Positions 25,461 through 31,429 of a DNA stretch of 31,429 nt are shown here, one piece after another (the first letter of the stretch is position 1; each line of letters starts with the position of its first letter). A program made the translations under genes and the position numbers. Source of the DNA: an uncultured Phycisphaerales bacterium. GTDB lineage: Bacteria > Planctomycetota > Phycisphaerae > Phycisphaerales > SM1A02. The notes under the pieces were generated by a model that ran no database searches, was not told the DNA's origin, and worked only from the letters and a program-made list of their open reading frames with translations. The stretch is taken from positions 1 through 31,429 of the forward strand of contig CALKEP010000048.1 in NCBI GenBank assembly GCA_938084645.1, given 5' to 3'.

Positions 25461-26026
25461 CGATCGTCCTCGATCGCCCCGGCGTCGCCGCGGTCACCGC
25501 CTTCGCCACCGCGGATGCGGATGTTGGTCACGGTCGACGGCGCCCGGACGTCGATGACCGCGTCCTCGAACCGGGGCGCGCCGAAGAACGGGGTGAGATT
25601 GTTGGAGAAGCCCCACGGCTCCGTGGGGATTCCGAACAGCCCCCGCGCGAGCTCCTCGTCCTCGTCGACGTCGATGAACGCCGAGATCGCGGTGGGACGC
25701 GCGGGAATCGACTCGAACTCGACCACGGTGGTCGGCGGCGTGACGACGGCGGACTTCGCGGCGGTCCAACCGGTCGCCTTGAGCCAGCCGTCCGGTGTCT
25801 GCGCCGCGGCGAGGAAGAGCTTCTTGCCGGCGTGGCCGGGCGTGGCGAGTTCGATGCGAAGGGTCGCCATTTCGACCGGACGCTCGGACTCCCCCGGCGT
25901 CCCGGTGACCTCGGCGGTCGTCTCCGGCCCCTGCTGACAGCCGACGACCAGAGAGACGATGAAGACCGCGAAGGGCGTCCGACCGAGTCGCCGCACGACG
26001 TTCGATCGCCGGAATGATTCAGACAT
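25457..26026 (-). CDS. DUF2141-family lipoprotein
   Basis: Start re-called to ATG 26026. Lipobox VVGC; AISAFIDVD...GIPTEPWGFSNN...FGAPRFEDA signature. Confidence 0.8.
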   Translation of the reverse strand: MSESFRRSNVVRRLGRTPFAVFIVSLVVGCQQGPETTAEVTGTPGESERPVEMATLRIELATPGHAGKKLFLAAAQTPDGWLKATGWTAAKSAVVTPPTTVVEFESIPARPTAISAFIDVDEDEELARGLFGIPTEPWGFSNNLTPFFGAPRFEDAVIDVRAPSTVTNIRIRGGEGGDRGDAGAIEDDR

Positions 26027-26744
26027 CGGAGACCCTTGCACGAAACTCTCCCAGCAATCCGCCCACACGGCGGTATTCCACATCCTCGAACCCGGCGTCG
26101 ACCATCGCCGCAGTGACCACCTCGGGTGGATCGAAGGAGGATATCGCGTTCCAGAAGTGTCGAAGAAGATCGCCGGCCGCTCGCGATCCACACAGCACGG
26201 GAAGGACCCGGGAACCGACGCCGCGAATCAGGAATCGAGCCAGCTTCCGTCGGAAGCCGCTCGGCGGAACGATCATCTCCAGGAGCACCAGTTGACCGCC
26301 CGGACGCATCACCCGCCGGATCTCGACGAATGCCGCCGAGAGATCCTCGGCGTACCGAATCGCGTAACCACTCACCACGGCGTCCATCGATCGGTCGGGC
26401 ACGGGGATCGAATCGAGGGAACCGGGCCGAACGTCCCGAACCCCCGCCTTCACCGCGAGCCGCCGCATCTCCGTCGACGGATCCACCGCCACGATCGCTG
26501 GTGAATCGGGAAGAAACCGCTGGGCCGCGAGGGCGAGCGAGCCGGTTCCACTTCCCACGTCGACCAGCGTCGCGTCGGGAGGCAGCTCCAGCGAGAGGAT
26601 CGTCCGTCGCCGATACCAGTTGCTCGTTCCGAAACTGACCAGATCGTTGATGAGGTCGTACCGCGTGGCGGCCCGGTCGTAGAGACGAAGGACGTCATCG
26701 TCGGTCCCGCTCGCGATCGGTGGATTCGCCTCGGCCACCGTCAT
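26019..26744 (-). CDS. UbiE/MenG-like class I SAM methyltransferase
   Basis: YDRAATRYDLINDLVSFG, VDVGSGTG, VDPS, SGYAIRY and RVMRPGG. ATG 26744 (ATGA overlap). Confidence 0.85.
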   Translation of the reverse strand: MTVAEANPPIASGTDDDVLRLYDRAATRYDLINDLVSFGTSNWYRRRTILSLELPPDATLVDVGSGTGSLALAAQRFLPDSPAIVAVDPSTEMRRLAVKAGVRDVRPGSLDSIPVPDRSMDAVVSGYAIRYAEDLSAAFVEIRRVMRPGGQLVLLEMIVPPSGFRRKLARFLIRGVGSRVLPVLCGSRAAGDLLRHFWNAISSFDPPEVVTAAMVDAGFEDVEYRRVGGLLGEFRARVSDV

Positions 26745-27709
26745 TCGCGAAGACCCCGCCCGGTGAGTTTCAGGAAGACCTCCTCGAGACTCGCTTCGTG
26801 CAGGCGAACCCCTTCGATGCCGCCGGGCATCGCCTCGAGCTTCGCGATCGCCGCATGCAGCTGGTCGCCGAGCCCCTCGAGCGGCACTTGGATCGTCCGG
26901 CCGTTCCATTCACCCACCGGCGGCACGAAATCGTCGCCGACCGGACGGGCCGGCCGGGCCTCGAGTTCGAAGGACGGAATCTGGTGTTCGCGAGCGAGCG
27001 ACGCGGTGTCGCCCCGGGCGACCAGTCGGCCATGATCGATGATCGCGACCGAATCGATGAGGGTCTCCGCCTCCTCGATCAGGTGGGTCGCATGGAGAAT
27101 CGTGGCCCCCTCGCTTCGAAGGTCCTCGATCATCCGCCAGATCGCGACCCGTGCCTGTGGATCGACGCCTTCGGTCGGTTCGTCGAGCAGGAGCAGCCGG
27201 GGACGATGGAGCACGCTGACCGCGAGATTGAGCCGACGTTGCATGCCGCCGGAATAGTGGCGGACCTGATCGTCGGCGCGATCCTCCAGCTGGCTGAACT
27301 CCAGCGCCCACCCGACCCGGGCGGCACGCTCCCGACGAGGCACGCCCAGGAGATCGCTGTAATTCACCAGGTGCTCGCGGGCGGTCATCGTGTCGTGCAG
27401 CGCGATGCGCTGGGGCACGAAACCGAGGTCCTCCGCCGTCGGTCGGCCGCGACCGAAGACCGAGATCGAACCCGCGTCCTCGCGGATCAGTCCGGCGATG
27501 CAACGCATCAGCGTGGTCTTGCCGGCGCCGTTCGGTCCGAGAAGCGCAGTCCACTCGCCCCGACCGAGTTCGAGATCGACGCCGTCCAGCGCCTTCAGGC
27601 GGCCGAACGATTTCTCCACGCCGCGCACCAGCAGCGCCGGACTCGAGGGAGGCGGTGATGGATCCTTCGAGGATCCGTCACCCGGCATGACTCGGACGGC
27701 ACCAGGCAT
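26741..27709 (-). CDS. ABC-2 exporter ATP-binding protein
   Basis: Walker A GPNGAGKTT, signature YSGGMQRR, Walker B LLLLDEPT, H-loop ATH and C-terminal SLEEVFL.LTG. Alternative start ATG 27688. Confidence 0.93.
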   Translation of the reverse strand: MPGAVRVMPGDGSSKDPSPPPSSPALLVRGVEKSFGRLKALDGVDLELGRGEWTALLGPNGAGKTTLMRCIAGLIREDAGSISVFGRGRPTAEDLGFVPQRIALHDTMTAREHLVNYSDLLGVPRRERAARVGWALEFSQLEDRADDQVRHYSGGMQRRLNLAVSVLHRPRLLLLDEPTEGVDPQARVAIWRMIEDLRSEGATILHATHLIEEAETLIDSVAIIDHGRLVARGDTASLAREHQIPSFELEARPARPVGDDFVPPVGEWNGRTIQVPLEGLGDQLHAAIAKLEAMPGGIEGVRLHEASLEEVFLKLTGRGLRE

Positions 27710-29706
27710 CAGTCGATGGGCCGCCCGTCCCAGCGAACGAACGCCTCGACGGCTTCGTATTCGGCGAATCCGAGTCGGTTGAGTCGGTCCGCGGTACCAC
27801 GGTTCCGTTGCTCGGCCCGCTGCCAGAATTCACGCTCATCGGGCCCCGGGAACAGCGCCTTGTCCTTCTGGGACTGGTGCTTGAAGATCGCGGTGATCTT
27901 CCGCTTCAGTTCACCGGGAGAGACGGGAACGGCCATGTCGAACTGCTCGATCGCCCATTCCTGCCAGGCGCCGCGATACAACCAGAGCACGCAGTTCGAC
28001 GCCCAGTCGTCCTCGGCGACCGCCTCCATCGCTCGAAAGACCGCGGTGAGACAGGTCCGGTGCGTGCCGTGCGGATCGGAGAGGTCACCCGCGGCGTAGA
28101 CCTGGTCGGGCTTCACGGATCGCAGGAGGTCGGTGATGATCGAGACATCCTCGTCGCCGAGCGGCTTCTTGGTCACTCGACCCGTCTCGTAGAAGGGCAG
28201 GTCGAGGAAATGCAGTCGGTCGTCATGGACGCCGCAGCTGCGACCCGCGTCGGTCGCCTCGATGCGGCGGATGAGGCCCTTGATCTGCTGGACCTCGGGA
28301 ATGTCGACTTCGCCGGGGTTCTTTCGTCGCAACACGTCCGCGACGCGACGCTCCATCGCCTCCGCCTCGGCGGCGCCGAATCCGAACATCCCGTTGAAGT
28401 GCGCGACGAAGTCGGCGAAGCGCAGGGCTTCGCTGTCGAAGACGGCGATGTTTCCCGAGGTCTGATACGCGACATGGACCTCGTGGCCCTGGTCGACCAG
28501 ACGGATCAACGTCCCGCCCATCGAGATGACGTCGTCGTCGGGATGCGGACTGAAGATGAGGATCCGCTTGGGAAACACGTCGTCCCGGGGCCGATCGATG
28601 TCTCCCGACCGTTTGCGCCCTTCGGGCTTGCCGCCCGGCCAGCCGGTGATCGCCCGCTGCACGGCGCGGAACACCTCGAGATTGATGTCGTAGACGCTCC
28701 CCCGTTCGGCGAGGAGTTCCTGAAGGCCGTGTTCGTTGTAGTCCTCGGCCTCGAGCTTGAGGATCGCCTTCGACACCCGCTCCGCAAGCCAGATCACGGC
28801 CTTCCGAACCAGCTCCTCCGACCACGCGACCGGCCCCACCGCCCAGGGCGTCGCACTCCGCGAGAGGGATCCGGCGGCGCCGGCATCCAGGTACACGGTG
28901 GCATCCGGGTGCCGCTGGAGGAAGGAGGCCGCGATGGTCTCGGTGACCTCGCCTTCGATCGCCCGGGCGGCGACCGCCGCCTTGCCTTCGCCGAAGGCCA
29001 TCAACACGACCCGGCGGGCATCGAGAATCGATCCCACGCCCATCGTGATCGCCCGGGTCGGCACGTTCTCTTCGCCGAAGAAGTCGCTGGCCGCATCCTT
29101 GAGCGTGACACGATCGAGATGGATGAGGCGGGTCCGACTGTCGACCCCGGAGCCCGGCTCGTTGAAGCCGACGTGCCCGGTGCGACCGAGGCCGAGCAGC
29201 TGGAGATCGATGCCGCCGGCATCCGCGATGGACTGTTCGTACGCCGCGCAGTAGGAGCGGATCTCCTCGAAGGCGATCGTGCCGTCCGGAACGTGGGTGT
29301 TCGTCTTGTCGATGTCGATGTGGTCGAAGAGGTGTTCGTCCATGAAGCGCCGATAGCTCTGGAGCGCTTCGGGCGGCATGGGCCAGTACTCGTCGAGGTT
29401 GAAGGTCACGACGTTCGCGAAGGAGAGGCCCTCCTCCCGATGCATGCGAACGAGTTCGCCGTAGACCTGGGTCGGGGTCGATCCGGTCGCCAGTCCGAGC
29501 ACGCAGGGGCGGTTCTCGGCCTGCCGGGCCCGGATGAGCTCGGCGATCTCCCGGGCGATGGCGACGCTCACATCGGCGGCCCGTTCGAAGACGATCGTCT
29601 CGATCCGCTCGCAGTCGAAGTGCATGGGCGCGTCGCAGGGGCGGCCGTTTCCGAGAAATCGATGGGCGGACTCAGGTCGTCGGGATCTGGGGCTGATCGC
29701 GGTCAT
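27709..29706 (-). CDS. nagB: Glucosamine-6-phosphate deaminase, long form with C-terminal PIG-L/LmbE-like domain
   Basis: LGLATGSTP, FNLDEY, GHVGFNEPGS and AITMGVG; C-domain SPHPDDDVISMGG and DPHGTH. Start ATG 29706 (alternative 29625). Confidence 0.93.
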   Translation of the reverse strand: MTAISPRSRRPESAHRFLGNGRPCDAPMHFDCERIETIVFERAADVSVAIAREIAELIRARQAENRPCVLGLATGSTPTQVYGELVRMHREEGLSFANVVTFNLDEYWPMPPEALQSYRRFMDEHLFDHIDIDKTNTHVPDGTIAFEEIRSYCAAYEQSIADAGGIDLQLLGLGRTGHVGFNEPGSGVDSRTRLIHLDRVTLKDAASDFFGEENVPTRAITMGVGSILDARRVVLMAFGEGKAAVAARAIEGEVTETIAASFLQRHPDATVYLDAGAAGSLSRSATPWAVGPVAWSEELVRKAVIWLAERVSKAILKLEAEDYNEHGLQELLAERGSVYDINLEVFRAVQRAITGWPGGKPEGRKRSGDIDRPRDDVFPKRILIFSPHPDDDVISMGGTLIRLVDQGHEVHVAYQTSGNIAVFDSEALRFADFVAHFNGMFGFGAAEAEAMERRVADVLRRKNPGEVDIPEVQQIKGLIRRIEATDAGRSCGVHDDRLHFLDLPFYETGRVTKKPLGDEDVSIITDLLRSVKPDQVYAAGDLSDPHGTHRTCLTAVFRAMEAVAEDDWASNCVLWLYRGAWQEWAIEQFDMAVPVSPGELKRKITAIFKHQSQKDKALFPGPDEREFWQRAEQRNRGTADRLNRLGFAEYEAVEAFVRWDGRPID

Positions 29707-29766
29707 GGCTGGCCCTTCGAGCACGAATCGAGATCTGCGACGGATCCGGCGGACCGCCTTGTGCCG

Positions 29767-29772
29767 ACACTA
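29767..29772 (-). promoter_or_regulatory. Putative -10 element (TAGTGT) heading the nagB-lipid operon
   Basis: TANNNT preceded by CCGG, like the TAGGAT site at 14391-14396; about 60 nt upstream of ATG 29706. Confidence 0.35.
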
Positions 29773-29895
29773 CCGGAAGTGCGCTCGGTTGTTCAACGTT
29801 CGAAGAGTCCACGGTGGATAAAACGGGGGATCGATCGAGTGATCCGTCCCTCCAGGCCGGACCGACGTCCGCCCGGAGCCGCCGCGTCGATCTCG

Positions 29896-29901
29896 TATCC
29901 T
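29896..29901 (+). promoter_or_regulatory. Putative -10 element (TATCCT), leaderless spacing to ATG 29908
   Basis: TANNNT 6 nt upstream of the ATG, with no SD. Confidence 0.45.
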
Positions 29902-29907
29902 GCCCGA

Positions 29908-31410
29908 ATGGCCTTCAACCCCCGAAAGCTCGACGCCATCCTTCAACAGGCCGCCGCCCTCTACGAGAACGGGCAGTCGGGCCAGGCGCGACAACTCGCC
30001 GCGGACGTCCTCAAGAAGGACCCTCGAAACATCGGGGGCCTCCGGATATTCGCCCTCGCCTCGACGAATTCGATGCAGTGGCCGGAAGCGGTGAAGGCCG
30101 CGGAGAAGGCGGCGAAGCTCGCCCCGCGGGACGCCGGCTCGCTCACCACCCTTGCCACGGTCCTGATCGCCGGAGGCCGGTTCGCGGAGGCGATGTCCAA
30201 GGCGAGGACCGCGCGAAAGATCGCCCCGAACGACCCCCGGACCCAGGGGACCTATCTCGAGTGCCTGATCTGGACCGGGGAGTTCGAGACCTGCCGCGAA
30301 CTGCTCCAAGAACAGGCGAATGCCCGCCGTCTCGCACCCGGCACCGCCGCGTCCTACGTCGGCGCGTGCTTCGAGACCGGCCACTACGACGACGCCATCG
30401 ACGCGGCGAACGCCTTTCTCGAGGATCACGAGAAGGGACAGCCGGCGCTGGTCGTCCGCCCGCTGCTGTCCCTGCTGGGACGATCGCTGGAGAAGGCCGC
30501 CCGATACCCCGAAGCGGTCGACGCCTACGAGCGGATGAACGCCGTGGTCCCCGGGATGTTCGACGTCGCCGAAGCGGACCGCCTGACCGACGGCCTGATC
30601 GCCGCCTTCCCCGCGGAGATCCATCACGACCGGAAGTCCACCGCCAACGCCGAGAGTCGCCTGCCGGTGTTCATCGTCGGGCTTCCCCGGAGCGGCACGT
30701 CCCTGCTGGAGCGGGTCGTCGGCGCCCATCCCGACGCCCACGGCGCCGGCGAGACGGGACTGCTCGACGAGATCGTCTCGAAGCACCTCGGGGTCCAGGG
30801 GCCCGAAGTCGCCTTCCGCACCGCGGCGGCCGACGATGCGATGCTCGAGCGGATCCGCGCGGACTACCTTCGCGGCCTTCAGGCGATCGGCGGGCGGCGA
30901 GCGCGGATCGCGAACAAGAGCCTGATGCTCCCGCGGCAGGCCGGCATGATCGGACTGCTCTTCCCGAAGGCCACGGTGCTCTTCACCGATCGTGATCTCG
31001 AGGACACCGCGATCTCGATCTGGGCGAACCTCTTCGATCCCGTGAGCATGGCGTGGACCACCCGACTCGACTGGATCGGCGCATTCAGCGCGATGCACCG
31101 CCGACTGGTCGATCACTGGACCCGCACGCTCCCGAATCCGACCGCGGTCGTCGACTATCGGTCGCTCGCCAAGGACCCCGAAGCGACCGTTCCGGAGATC
31201 ATCGAGGCGTGCGGCCTGCCGTTCGACGAGGCCTGCCTGCATCCCGAGCGCCTCGCGACCGACGCGAAGAAGTCCGGGCGTTTCGTGCCCACGCTTTCGG
31301 AGCAGCAACTTCGTCGACCGATCAACACGTCGGCGATCGGTCGCGCCGAGGCCTTCGAATCGAAACTCGGGGCGTTCCGCCGTGGATTCGATTCGATCAA
31401 GCGGGCTTGA
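29908..31410 (+). CDS. TPR-repeat-containing sulfotransferase
   Basis: Start re-called to ATG 29908. N-terminal TPR-like helices; 5'-PSB loop PVFIVGLPRSGTSLLE, 3'-PB RDLEDTAIS and C-terminal SEQQLRRPI. Confidence 0.88.
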   Translation: MAFNPRKLDAILQQAAALYENGQSGQARQLAADVLKKDPRNIGGLRIFALASTNSMQWPEAVKAAEKAAKLAPRDAGSLTTLATVLIAGGRFAEAMSKARTARKIAPNDPRTQGTYLECLIWTGEFETCRELLQEQANARRLAPGTAASYVGACFETGHYDDAIDAANAFLEDHEKGQPALVVRPLLSLLGRSLEKAARYPEAVDAYERMNAVVPGMFDVAEADRLTDGLIAAFPAEIHHDRKSTANAESRLPVFIVGLPRSGTSLLERVVGAHPDAHGAGETGLLDEIVSKHLGVQGPEVAFRTAAADDAMLERIRADYLRGLQAIGGRRARIANKSLMLPRQAGMIGLLFPKATVLFTDRDLEDTAISIWANLFDPVSMAWTTRLDWIGAFSAMHRRLVDHWTRTLPNPTAVVDYRSLAKDPEATVPEIIEACGLPFDEACLHPERLATDAKKSGRFVPTLSEQQLRRPINTSAIGRAEAFESKLGAFRRGFDSIKRA

Positions 31411-31429
31411 TCGGACGATCCACGCGGCC

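Noticed and set aside
2351..26851. At least 16 copies of the HIP1-like octamer GCGATCGC
   Set aside because: 14 of the 16 I checked read as Ala-Ile-Ala (GCG ATC GCN) in the coding frame, so codon usage explains them. A codon-preserving shuffle test would be needed to claim real enrichment.
29813..29821. DnaA-box-like TTATCCACC on the minus strand, overlapping a 5-bp inverted repeat
   Set aside because: Single 8/9 match with no box cluster, AT-rich unwinding element or replication genes nearby.
27808..29907. 700-aa N-terminal extension making a 1200-aa sulfotransferase
   Set aside because: Antisense to nagB. Protein-like sequence begins at ATG 29908.
1..31429. CRISPR arrays, tRNA/rRNA, IS elements, prophage or defence genes
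   Set aside because: Intergenic gaps are all about 200 nt or less. I saw no spaced direct repeats, cloverleaf patterns, transposase or integrase motifs, or compositional break.

Overview
High-GC (roughly 68-70% by eye, not computed), gene-dense bacterial window. Its gene content suggests Planctomycetota, possibly Phycisphaerales (inference). Left to right: (1) a minus-strand tripartite efflux operon, OMF-MFP-RND, with the RND cut off by the window edge; (2) a plus-strand unit encoding a pentaheme cytochrome c/PA14 lipoprotein, a secreted beta-propeller dehydrogenase-like protein, a guanine deaminase and a CPBP-like membrane protein; (3) a SAM methyltransferase, an HpnO-like class III aminotransferase and a secreted hypothetical protein; (4) a GT2 glycosyltransferase converging on a 13-gene, almost fully translationally coupled minus-strand operon. 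That operon encodes long-form NagB, an ABC ATPase, a UbiE-like methyltransferase, a DUF2141 lipoprotein, PlsC- and LpxL-like acyltransferases, an ABC-2 permease, ACP, a FabZ-like dehydratase, a fused KS-CLF, a Hyg5/XanB2-type chorismatase, a FAD halogenase-like enzyme and an adenylate-forming ligase; (5) a divergent TPR-sulfotransferase. The best candidate for an undescribed system is block 4: a xanthomonadin/aryl-polyene-like, hydroxybenzoate-primed type II PKS lipid cluster with a single-chain KS-CLF, no ketoreductase, and ABC-2 rather than MMPL/LolA export. No tRNA, rRNA, CRISPR array or mobile element was seen. All family calls come from motif recognition, not database searches.
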